64,000 bases of DNA from Amphiscolops sp. MND2022 (GCA_964187785.1 OZ076421.1:49042001-49106000); one strand, 5' to 3'; counted from the first letter of the stretch, positions 47,501 to 58,496 are shown. The notes: a model not told the origin generated them from the letters alone. Numbers and translations: made by a program.

Positions 47501-50500
47501 CACATGGTGCAGTTGTTCGTGAAGATTTTCAATGGACCATAATCATAATTTTATATCTTTATATCATTTAAATTTTATTCATTAATAAATTATGTGAAGA
47601 CAATCCCCCCTTTAACACCGACAAAGTTACCAACATTGGAGGGTAAAAATGCTCTGTTCTCAAAAGTTCTCCAAAAAATCCTATCCTTGTTTGTGCTTCG
47701 AACTCACTCAACTCCAGATTCTCGAAGAAACACGACCTAGTTCTCTATACAAACCTGGTGCCCAAACAACACATAATAAAGCTGTTCGTGGAGATTTTAT
47801 TGGAAGGCAGTGAAGACGACAAGAACAATGGCGTCAACTCCAGCTTTAGCTGGCTTCCCATCCCTCCAAGTGTGCAGGGATCTGAGCAGAAGCTCTCACG
47901 AATCACAAATGAAGATTTGAAACTGACAACCAAAAAGTTTATTGTGTGTACAAAAAAAAGATACTGGAGAGGCTTCGGTATGACGAAAATGATTGACGCA
48001 GAGTACTTTGTGAGACTGCCTGATCTTGGATTAATTGTTCAAGTGAAGAAGTGGCGATTAAGCAATGCCTTTTTCATAGGACCTGAACTTGAATTAATCA
48101 AGTTTTTTCGACCCAGAAAGTGGTGTACACTTTTCGAAGATAATTCACTTCAGCAATACAAAACGATGACAATAGAGCAATTGAAGAGTTTGCTGTACGA
48201 TATTCAGAGGAAACCAATCAACTTCTTCACGGTCAGAAAGTGAGAAGTTCGAGACGAAAAGAGCAATGGCGTCAACTACAGCATTAGCTGGCTTCCCACC
48301 CCTCCAAGTGTACAGGGTTTTCACTGTCTCGAAAAAAGTTCACTGTCTGTAAAAACTTCTCAAGAATGTTTTTCTTCACCCATTCACTCACCCTATAATA
48401 CTGTACTTAACCTAATACCCTATTATTGAAATGTTTCCCTTATGTTTTTTTTTAAAATTTTGTTGCGTGAAAAACCTTGACACCATAGTTTCTGCGATTC
48501 GGCAAGTCGTCATTGATCTGAGCAGAAGCCTATACGAGTCACAAATGAAGATTTGAAAACCAGAAGATGAAGAAACATGGCCTATAAGTGGAAAGAATGC
48601 GGATACTGTGAAAAACACAGAATCCCAAACAACACATGGTGCAGTTGTTCGTGAAGATTTTCAATGGACCATAATCATTATTTTATATCTTCATATCATT
48701 TAAATTCTATTCATTAATAAATTATGTGAAGACAATCCCCCCTTTAACACCAACAAAGTTACCAACATTGGAGGGTAAAAATGCTCTGTTCTCAAAAGTT
48801 CTCCAAAAAATCCTATCTTTGTTTGTGCTTCGAACTCACTCAACTCCAGATTATTGAAGAAACACGACCTAGTTCTCTATACAAACCTTGTGCCCAAACA
48901 ACACATGATAAAGCTGTTCGTGGAGATTTTATTGGAAGGCAGTGAAGACGACAAGAACAATGGCGTCAACTCCAGCTTAAGCTGGCTTCCCATCCCTCCA
49001 AGTGTGCAGGGATCTGAGCAGAAGCCCTTACGAATCACAAATGAAGATTTGAAACTGACAACCAAAAAGTTTGTCTGTACAAAAAAAAGATACTGGAGAG
49101 GCTTCGTTATGACGAAAATGGCTGACGCAGAGTACCTTGTGAGACTGCCTGATCTTTGATTAATTGTTCAAGTGAAGAAGTGGCGATTAAGCAATGCCTT
49201 TTTCATAGGACCTGAACTTGAATTGATGAAGTTTTTTGGACTCAGAAAAAGGTGTACACTTTTCAAAGATAATTCACTTCAGCAATACAAAAGGATGACA
49301 ATAGAGCATTTGAAGAATTTGCTCTACGATATTCAGAGGAAAGCAATCAACTTCTTCACGGTCAGAAAGTGAGAAGTTCGAGACGAAAAGAGCAATGGCG
49401 TCAACTACAGCTTTAGCTGGCTTCCCACCCCTCCAAGTGTGCAGGGTTTTCACTGTCTCGAAAAAAGTTCACTGTCTCTAAAAACTTCTGAAGAATGTTT
49501 TTCTCCACCCATTCACTCACCTTATAATACTGTACTTACCTAATACCCTATTATTAAAATGTTTCCCTTATGTCTTTTAAATTTTGTTGCGTGAAAAACT
49601 TTGACACCATAGTTTCTGCGATTCGGCAAATCGTCATTGACCTGAGCAGAAGCCCATACGAGTCACAAATGAAGATTTGAAAACCAGAAGTTGAAGAAAC
49701 ATGGCCTATATGTGGAAACAATGCAGTTACTATAAAAAACACAGAATCCCAAACAACACATGGTGCAGTTGTTTGTGAAGATTTTCAATGGACCATAACA
49801 ACCAACTTGCTTTTATGTCTTTATATCATTTAAATTTTATTCATTAATAAATTATGTGAAGACAATCCCCCCTTCGACACCAACAAAGTTACCAACATTG
49901 GAGGGTAAAAATGCTCTGTTCTCAAAAGTTCTCCAAAAAAATCCTATCTTTGTTTGTGCTTCGAACTCACTCAACTCCAGATTATTGAAGAAACACGACT
50001 TAGTTCTCTATACAAACCTGGTGCCCAAACAACACATGATGAAGCTGTTCGTGGAGATTTTGTTAGGAAGGAAGTGAAGACGACAAGAACAATGGCTGAT
50101 GACCCAAGAGCAAAGGGAGTACCCAAGGCCAAGGCCTGAAGAGTTGGAGAAGTGTTACATTCCTAAAAAATGTCTCCATAACTTGTGCAGCGATGAACGT
50201 CAAAACCAGAGGTCGATTGTGTTGGCAATATTGAGCAAACTGAGCCAAAGGTTCCTCTAAGGAACAATTTGGGTGCCTCAACTGTGATTTGGAACCCAGA
50301 AATGAAAAAATGAAGGAATGCACCGGATGTCACGCTGTTTATAAACTTTGCCTCGATGGCGGGAAACCGAATATTGCCCATGCAAGAGGCCATGCAAAAG
50401 AATTAGAATAAATGCAAGCTGTTCTTATTCCTCCCCACGGAGCTCCTCACCCGCTCCCCCAACTCTCCCTTCATCATGGGCGACAAGAGGAAGGGAGTAC

Positions 50501-52923
50501 CCAAGCCCAAGGCCTAAAAAGTTGGGCGAGAAGTATTACATTCTTGAAAAATGTCTGCATAACTTGGGCAGCGATGATCGTCAATACCAACACTTGTAGC
50601 AAAAAGTGCAATGGTCGAGGAACCAGACTCTTTGTTATAAACTTTCACAGGACGACAATCCTGGGAATGGAAGGGATCCACATCATTGATAAACCGAGCA
50701 AGACAATGAGGAGAGTCGGTTGCATCCACAACGAGTAATTCACGAGGACCAGTCTCAATACTATACAACTTTTATCAGAATTGACCTAGAGACCATGAAG
50801 CGACTTATTTTTATCTTTACATCATTTAAATTTTATTCATTAATAAATTATGTGAAGACAATCCCCCTTTAACACCAAAGTTACCAACATTGGAGGGTAA
50901 AAATGCTCTGTTCTCAAAAGTTCTCCAAAAAAATCCTATCTTTGTTTGTGCTTCGAACTCACTCAACTCCAGATTATTGAAGAAACACGACTTAGTTCTC
51001 TATACAAACCTGGTGCCCAATTAACACATGATGAAGCTGTTCGTGGAGATTTTGTTAGGAAGGAAGTGAAGACGACAAGAACAATGGCTGATGACCCAAG
51101 AGCAAAGGGAGTACCCAAGGCCAAGGCCTAAAGAGTTGGAGAAGTGTTACATTCCTAAAAAATGTCTCCATAACTTGTGCAGCGATGAACGTCAAAACCA
51201 GAGGTCGATTGTGTTGGCAATATTGAGCAAACTGAGCCAAAGGTTCCTCTCAGGAACAATTTGGGTGCCTCAACTGTGATTTGGAACCCAGAAATGAAAA
51301 AACGAAGGAATGCACCGGATGTCACGCTGTTTATAAACTTTGCCTCGATGGCGGGAAACCGAATATTGCCCATGCAAGAGGCCATGCAAAAGAATTAGAA
51401 TAAATGCAAGCTGTTCTTATTCCTCCCCACGGAGCTCCTCACCCGCTCCCCCAACTCTCCCTTCATCATGGGCGACAAGAGAAAGGGAGTACCCAAGCCC
51501 AAGGCCTAAAAAGTTGGGCGAGAAGTATTACATTCTTGAAAAATGTCTGCATAACTTGGGCAGCGATGATCGTCAATACCAACACTTGTAGCAAAAAGTG
51601 CAGTGGTCGAGGAACCAGACTCTTTGTTATAAACTTTCACAGGACGACAATCCTGGGAATGGAAGGGATCCACATCATTGATAAACCGAGCAAGACAATG
51701 AGGAGAGTCGGTTGCATCCACAACGAGTAATTCACGAGGACCAGTCTCAATACTATACAACTTTTATCAGAATTGACCTAGAGACCATGAAGCGACTTAT
51801 TTTTATCTTTACATCATTTAAATTTTATTCATTAATAAATTATGTGAAGACAATCCCCTTTTAACACCAAAGTTACCAACAATGGAGGGTAAAAATGCTC
51901 TGTTCTCAAAAGTTCTCCAAAAAAATCTTTGTTTGTGCTTCGAACTCGCTCAACTCCAGATTATCGAAAAAACACGACCTAGTTCTCTATACAAACTTGG
52001 TGCCCAAACAACACATAATAAAGCTGTTCATGGAGATTTTATTGGAAGGCAGTAAAGACGACAAGAACAATGGCGTCAACTCCAGCTTTAGCTGGCTTCC
52101 CATCCCTCCAAGTGTGCAGGGATCTGAGCAGAATCCCTCACGAATCACAAATGAAGATTTGAAACTGACAACCAAAAAGTTTGTCTGTACAAAAAAAGAT
52201 ACTGGAGAGGCTTCGTTATGACGAAAATGACTGACGCAGAGTACCTTGTGAGACTGCCTGATCTTGGATTAATTGTTCAAGTGAAGAAGTGGCGATTAAG
52301 CAATGCCTTTTTCATAGGACCTGAACTTGAATTGATCAAGTTTTTTGGACTCAGAAAGTGGTGTACACTTTTCAAAGATAATTCACTTCAGCAATACAAA
52401 ACGATGACAATAGAGCATTTGAAGAATTTGCTGTACGATATTCAGAGGAAACCAATCAACTTCTTCACGGTCAGAAAGTGAGAAGTTCGAGACGAAAAGA
52501 GCAATGGCGTCAACTACAGCTTTAGCTGGCTTCCCACCCCTCCAAGTGTGCAGGGTTTTCACTGTCTCGAAAAAAGTTTACTGTCTGTAAAAACTTCTCA
52601 AGAATGTTTTTCTTCACCCATTCACTCACCTTATAATACTGTACTTACCTAATACCCTATTATTGAAATGTTTCCCTTATGTTTTTTAAATTTTGTTGCG
52701 TGAAAAACCTTGACACCATAGTTTCTGCGATTCGGCAAATCGTCATTGTTCTGAGCAGAAGCCTATACGAGTCACAAATGAAGATTTGAAAACCAGAAGT
52801 TGACGAAACATGGCCTATAAGTGGAATGAATGCGGATACTGTAAAAAACACCGAATCCCAACCAAAATGGTGCAGTTGTTCGTGAAGATTTTCTATGGAC
52901 CATAATCAACTTAATTTTATATC
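32590..52923 (+). repeat. 20.3-kb tandem array: partial unit + 18 units (13 type A ~1.10-1.13 kb, 5 type B ~0.99 kb, one B with a 380-bp internal duplication)
   Basis: Anchor TGTGA(A/C)GACAATC at 32991(B), 33988, 35084, 36210, 37337, 38463, 39590, 40713, 41843(B), 42837, 43968(B*), 45342, 46464, 47593, 48725, 49855(B), 50851(B), 51843; near-identical ORFs recur in the ORF track with the same spacing. Confidence 0.97.
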
Positions 52924-53616
52924 GGACTTGGTTATAGATGACGACTTGGTTGCAGCGAGGGACTTGGTTTTAGTTGAGGGGCGTCCCGACGCTGTTGCTT
53001 TCAATGTTTTTTGATAGAAATCACTTTCTGTTTCTTTTGGAACAATGTAGTTTTTGGCAGCAGTTTCTTTGGTGTGGGACGACTGAATTGCGTGGAAAGC
53101 ACGAGCCTCGGTGGGAATTTCATCAGAATGATAATGAAAATTTGTGTCCCACATTTTTCGAATGGATGTCCCGTTGTAGTCTTTCTCCAGAACCTCGTCG
53201 TCAAAAAACTTGCTGAGGACCTTTCGAATAGTTGCGGGCATAGAATGATCTTTTTTGTCTTTTGAAGTGGCAAAAACTAGTTTCAGGCGAAAACCACACT
53301 TCTTGAATTCGGACATCAAACGCTGAAGCCAAGGGAATTGTTCTTCGCTAATTTTGATCTCTTGATCGTAGTAATGACCCGTTTTATGTTTGTCAGATGT
53401 GCGTTTCCCATGCTTCTTGATTCTCTTCACATCGTCATAGGTCAAATCCATTAAGGGTCCAACACGTCCATTCATTGTACTTGACAGAGTTATGAAATTG
53501 AAAACTTTCAGCTCTTCAAATGACAAGTTTTCCTCGGCGAGATCTTGGTTGCAAAGTTCTTCAATTCTTTTCACAACGAATGTCACTCCTTCCATCTCCG
53601 GTACTTTTGTGAACAA
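52906..53616 (-). CDS. Tyrosine recombinase catalytic domain (R-K-R-H-Y retained), 236-aa open segment
   Basis: Motif-by-motif alignment with the YR at 12083-11204; the last codons run into array DNA. Confidence 0.85.
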   Translation of the reverse strand: MFTKVPEMEGVTFVVKRIEELCNQDLAEENLSFEELKVFNFITLSSTMNGRVGPLMDLTYDDVKRIKKHGKRTSDKHKTGHYYDQEIKISEEQFPWLQRLMSEFKKCGFRLKLVFATSKDKKDHSMPATIRKVLSKFFDDEVLEKDYNGTSIRKMWDTNFHYHSDEIPTEARAFHAIQSSHTKETAAKNYIVPKETESDFYQKTLKATASGRPSTKTKSLAATKSSSITKSDIKLS

Positions 53617-54657
53617 TTCTCGCTTCGAACGCTTCTTCTCCTTCAGGGAACTTTTCTGATACTTCCTTCTGACATCTTAAATGATTTGTTGCGAATCATT
53701 TTCCATAATCGCAGGAATCGCGGTTCTTTTGTAGGCCTTAATGAATTCTACCATCTTCTCGAAGAGAATCAGATAATTCACCATTGTCGACCGGGTGATG
53801 TATCTTTCGCTGAGGTAAGTTTTAACGAAAACAGCTAAACTGGTTGGTTCTGCAAAACTGTTGGAGGCATCGATTGCTCGACAGAGAAAAGAAAACTGGG
53901 TTGTTGAAACGTTCCACTTTCCTGAGACATCCCCATCCTCAAAGAGACCTTTTTCATGTTTGACAAGTTTCCACGAGTTCTTTGTGAGGCAAGAGAAATT
54001 GGGTCCGGAACTGGTTAACAGCAATTTTGATATTCTGAGGAAACAAATCAACTTCTTCACGGTCATGAATACGTTCAATTGGATGGTTTTTTGGGTGCTT
54101 TCCTCGATCGCCGAATTTAACTGAACAATTATCACACTGGTAACATCGATGCGTTTTGAGGGTGGAATGGTATTAGGAGATGAACTTCAGCAGCTTGTCC
54201 TCGGATCCAATGGAGTGTTTGTTGGTCAAATGGTCCCTCATTTTCTTCACTTCTTTGTGACACAGCAGACACGTCTCCACCTCTGGTCGCTTCGGTTTGT
54301 TGTTTTTAGACACTACTGTGATACGAAAGTCAATCTCTGAGCTGTGGCTTTCATTGGAACTTGTGTCGTTGGAGTCTGATTCTCTTTGTTCTACATACTC
54401 ACTTTCTGACTGTCCCATAAAATCAAATTCAACAGTTTGTGCTACTTCCACAATTTCTGTAGCTCCAACAGGAGGAAGATCGACTAAGTCCAATGACGTG
54501 CCTTCTCGAATAAACTTCGACTCAATGACGGTTCACCAGCAAAATTCATCATTGCAGCTTCATTCTCAGGACTTTCATTTTGTTCCCATGTTTGATGGTC
54601 ATCAGACGAAGAGGGTAAATGTTGGTTTCTTTGTTGCGTTTGAGTTCTTAGTTGGGT

Positions 54658-54790
54658 AGGTTCTTGGTTACTTTGTTGTGTTGGTTCGCGGTTACTTTGT
54701 TGTGTTGGTTCTTGGTTACTTTGTTGGGTTGGTTCTTAGTTACTTCGTTGTGTTGGTTCTTGGTTACTTTGTTGGGTTGGTTCTTGGTTT
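54658..54790 (-). repeat. 24-bp minisatellite (~5-6 copies) encoding (NQEPTQQS)n within the SET-YR linker
   Basis: GTTCTTGGTTACTTTGTTG(T/G)GTTG repeats; one copy has CAA->TAA. Confidence 0.85.
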
Positions 54791-54814
54791 CTCGTCATTG
54801 ATACTTGGTTACCT

Positions 54815-56461
54815 CAGGGTGACCACTTCGTCAGAAATTTCTGACCAGTCAGAAATGGTCAGAAATCGAACCTAGGTCAGAAAACGTTTCTGACCAACGA
54901 AGAATAGCTAACTATTTATTGTGATATTTATTAGGAGTTTTCTAACATTGAAGTTATGTTTAATTAAAAATTTTTTTTTCAGATTCATGGGGATCTGTAA
55001 GTTCCAAGATTTTTGGAAGACTTTATTCAGCTGGGTATTACCCGTTCCTGAAAATGCACATAAGGCCAAATGCAAGCATTGCCCTGGAAAATTAATTGAC
55101 ATAAGATGTGGCAGTCAAGCACTGAAGCGTCACGAAGCTTGCAGTATTCATATGAAAGCGGTAACTTCTGTAGCTGGTTCAAATATTGTGGCCCAAATGC
55201 AGGCAGGTACCTCTGTGGAAGAAGGAAAAGTTGTTTTACTTCATTGCCTCAAACTTGTTCTAGACGGGCATTCTCTACGGTCTAGCGATTGTTGTTCCCG
55301 TTCAAGAGTTGTTCCCTGACTCCAAATACGCGGATATTAACTGCGGTCGTACCAAAGCTGGTTACATTGTCAAATTTGCACTTGGTTCATATTGCAAGGA
55401 ACTCATTATTTGTGAAATGGCTGACAAGCCGTTCGCAATACACGTGGACGAGTCGATGTATCATAGTAAAGTGCGCCTGGAGTTTTGGGTAATTCATTTT
55501 GTGAAACAAATTCGCAGTGTCCGATACCTGACTACCATCGAGTTGAAGACAAATTTTGATGTGAGCGTTTCAATGAGTATCTTATTAAACGATTATTAAT
55601 TCGGTTTAATAAATTTCTTGGATCACAAATTGTGAGGAAAATGTATATCATTTTCCAAAGTTCGCTGGTTTATTCGGATGTGACAATTCGACATTTGAAA
55701 GACCTTTCGCAGAGATTTAATTTATCCCCCACTGACGTTGCGGACGACTATGCGAAACTCAGGGTCAAAATAACAACGGAATTCAAGTTATTAAATCTTT
55801 TTCTTGAAAACGAGTTGACAGAATTTCCTTGCATCTCCAAATTAGTGGAGTGTTGTTCAGTGCTCTGTCCGCATAATATGATGGTAGAGTCAGGTTTCAT
55901 TAAAATGAAGTTCTTCGAAGATAATTATCAAGCTAACTTCAGTGTTGATATGTACAACAGCTTCCGACTTGTGGCGGATAATTTTTCCCGGGATGCTTTC
56001 GAAGATTTCAAGCCGACGGAACCACTTCTAAAATTGGCCCAATCAGCATCAAAAATGTACAAAGATGAACAGAGCAGTCTTCAAGAAGTCGAAAAAAGTG
56101 ATAACAAAAAACATGTCGAAGTTCTGGTTTTTAAGCGGAAAGCAGATAAAGCGTTGGACAGAGCTCCAAGAAGCAGGAAAAGAACTCGCCGAAGCAGAGA
56201 TTGCATTTGTTCAAGCTAAAAAACGCAAACAAGAACTGGAAGCGATGAAAAGTGGTGTAATTGCCCGACGAGACAATGTATCTGATGAAATAATTTCTTC
56301 TATGTTCAGTTGAATTTCATTTTTCATCCATATATGTTTTCATTCAGAATGTTGGAACGATGCGGGACGATAATTTTTGAATTCATATTGTTCTTTTTCA
56401 GATCAGAACTTGTAGATTTTTGGTAGGTCAGAAATTTGAGTTGATCGAAGTGGTCACCCTG
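54815..56461 (+). mobile_element. hAT-superfamily DNA transposon, internally deleted, 1647 bp
   Basis: 16-bp perfect TIR CAGGGTGACCACTTCG; 8-bp TSD GGTTACCT at 54807-54814 and 56462-56469; BED finger (CKHC..LKRHEACSIH), FPDS..CGRTK, AIHVDES and a dimerisation-domain remnant. Confidence 0.93.
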
Positions 56462-57519
56462 GGTTACCTTGAGTTTTTTGTTGGCTTGAATCTTGGTTGC
56501 TCATTGTTTCTTCTCGTTCTATATCATTGTTGTGAGCTTGACACATGTTGTCAAACTCCCGCAATGTTCCAGGTGAGTACCCGCACATCAACGCTTCAAC
56601 TCTGATGAGGTTTCATGGGGACCACTTTGTTTAACTTTCGTTGGGACGCAGTTGAAGTAGAACTTGCAGTCTCCTCCTCACTCGCAACTGTTTTCTTCTC
56701 TTTTTCACAACGATGTCTTTCAACGACGACATCCAATCGAGAACACGGCTGTTTCTTCGTCTGCTTGGATGTTTCAGCTTTTCTCCAGAATTTCATGACA
56801 CGCCAAGGCGCTTCTTTTGTGCCGTAGCTGTAGCGCAGCTCCTCGTTCTCATCGATGACCCTTGTAGCAAAAGGTGCAATTGTCCAGGGACCAGTCTCTT
56901 TGTTGTAAACTTTCACAGGACGACAATTCTGGGAATGAAAGGGATCCACATCATTGATAAAAACTAGCAACACAATGAGGAGAGTCCGTTGCATCCAGAA
57001 CGAGTAATTCAGGGGCACCAGTCTCAATACTAAAAATGTTGTCAGAACATTCCGCCTGGGTCTTCACTTGCCCACGATAGTTCAGAAGAAACTCGTCTTT
57101 TCTGAATGAACGCAAAACGAACAAACCACGGCCAGCTCTGGGTACATCCCTGACTTCGACGTGAGGGGGTCTGACTCGAGAAAGGCAAAGGGATCATTGG
57201 CAGAAGTGCATGAATCGTGCCTTAAACACGCCTTTTGTCGCAAGGAGGGCATCTTCAAAACTGAACAAATTGACAGACGAACAGAATTGGAAAAGTGGCA
57301 GACGTAGAATAGAAGAGACTAGAATATAAAACTGACAGACTTGAAGGATAAATTAAAAGAAACTGGATTGGACTGAGACAAAAATAGATGTTTCAAAAGA
57401 CTGAAGGAGGACTGTTTTAAAGGGCTGACTGAATGAGGTGGATGACTGGATTGAACTTCTGAAGAGGAAGAAATGAACTGACGTTGACTGCTGAATGTCT
57501 GAATGATTGGACTGAAAGA

Positions 57520-57770
57520 TGATGTTTTGAACTGGAACTGAACTGGGATTGACAAACGGAACTGTGACAAAAATTGACTGTATTGATTGATAGACTTTCG
57601 ATTCAGATGGATTGACAAATGGAACTGTGACAAAAATTGACTGTATTCAAATGACTGGACTGAAAGATGAAGTTTTGAATTGGAACTTAACTGGGATTGA
57701 CAAACGGAACTGTGACAAAAGTTGACTGTGATGGACCTTCGATTCAGATGAATTTCGAAGTGCAAACGAT
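57520..57770. repeat. Degenerate tandem repeats upstream of SET2
   Basis: GGATTGACAAA(C/T)GGAACTGTGACAAAA(A/G)TTGACTGT occurs three times. Confidence 0.7.
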
Positions 57771-57919
57771 AAAATTGATCTGAAAAACGCAAAACATTTT
57801 GAATACTGGACTATTTGATAGATTGAGTAATCGGTAACGGTAGCTGTAGCAGTCAAACCCTTGATTTAGATATTATACGAGAATGTTTGTTGGTATATTT
57901 TACTGATTTGAGGGGATTA

Positions 57920-58471
57920 GAGAGAATATTCAGTTTGGCCGAAGTTGACAAAACATGGCCTCTATGTGGGAAGAATGCGGATACTATTTAAAACACGCAG
58001 AATTCCAAACACTACATGGTAGAGTTGTTCGATGGTAACCGCTGTGCAAGGTCATTCCGGAACATTCGGGTCATGGAAAATATGGAAATGCTAGCACAAG
58101 ATGTTTCGGATCTACGATACTCGTTGATGCCAGACCCTGTTCTTGGAAAAGCAGCACGTCCCGCAAAGTTGATGTTGAAGAATCCTGACTTACTGGAGAA
58201 GGTAAAGACCAAATTGGGTTCTTACGAGATCGATTGTAATGGCACTATGCAGCAAACTGAGCCAAAGGTTCTTAAGGAACCATTTGGGTGCCTCAACTGT
58301 GGTGTGATAACCAGAAAAGAGAAGTTGAAGAAATGCATCGGATGTCACGCTGTTTATTACTTCTTCAGTGATTGTTTCAAAAAAGACTGGAAAAAAACCA
58401 GCCGATTCCAGCAGCGTGAACACGGTGATTGCCTTTTTCTCAGACAAACATGGACCCGAGTTACAATCTAA
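57920..58471 (+). pseudogene. Tudor-like + MYND-type zinc finger gene, degenerate, divergent from SET-YR2
   Basis: MYND-like CLNC..KLKKCIGCHAVYY..SDC.KKDW (one Cys lost). A Tudor-like SLAEVDKTW/YVGRMRIL/KHYMVELFDGNRCARSFRNIRV is assembled across frameshifts and is the weaker call. Confidence 0.55.
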
Positions 58472-58496
58472 AGAGTTGGGCGAGAAGTATTCCATT

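Larger units (their letters stand above)
52923..57300 (-). pseudogene. Second SET (PR-Set7/SETD8-like) - C2H2 - tyrosine recombinase gene; frameshifted, interrupted by hAT, 3' end cut by the array
   Basis: GRGLFVLRSFRKDEFLLNYRG..LDATDSPHC / FINDVDP..IAPFATRVIDENEELRYSYGTKEAPWR (57200-56810); CLLCHK..HLTNKH; YR motifs GRVGPL, HKTG, TSIRK, SHT, KNY in ORF 52906-53616. Confidence 0.85.

Noticed and set aside
34786-52851. Recurrent 62-83-aa minus-strand ORF (MIMVHRKSS...) as a gene
   Set aside because: It recurs only because the unit repeats, has no recognisable domain, and is antisense to the Tudor-like relic.
32590-52923. CRISPR array (constant repeat + variable spacers)
   Set aside because: Eukaryotic context, kb-scale units, only two recurring cassette types rather than unique spacers, and no cas genes.
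57920-58471. Host TDRD1 orthologue
   Set aside because: Too short, frameshifted, domain order reversed, and embedded among mobile elements.
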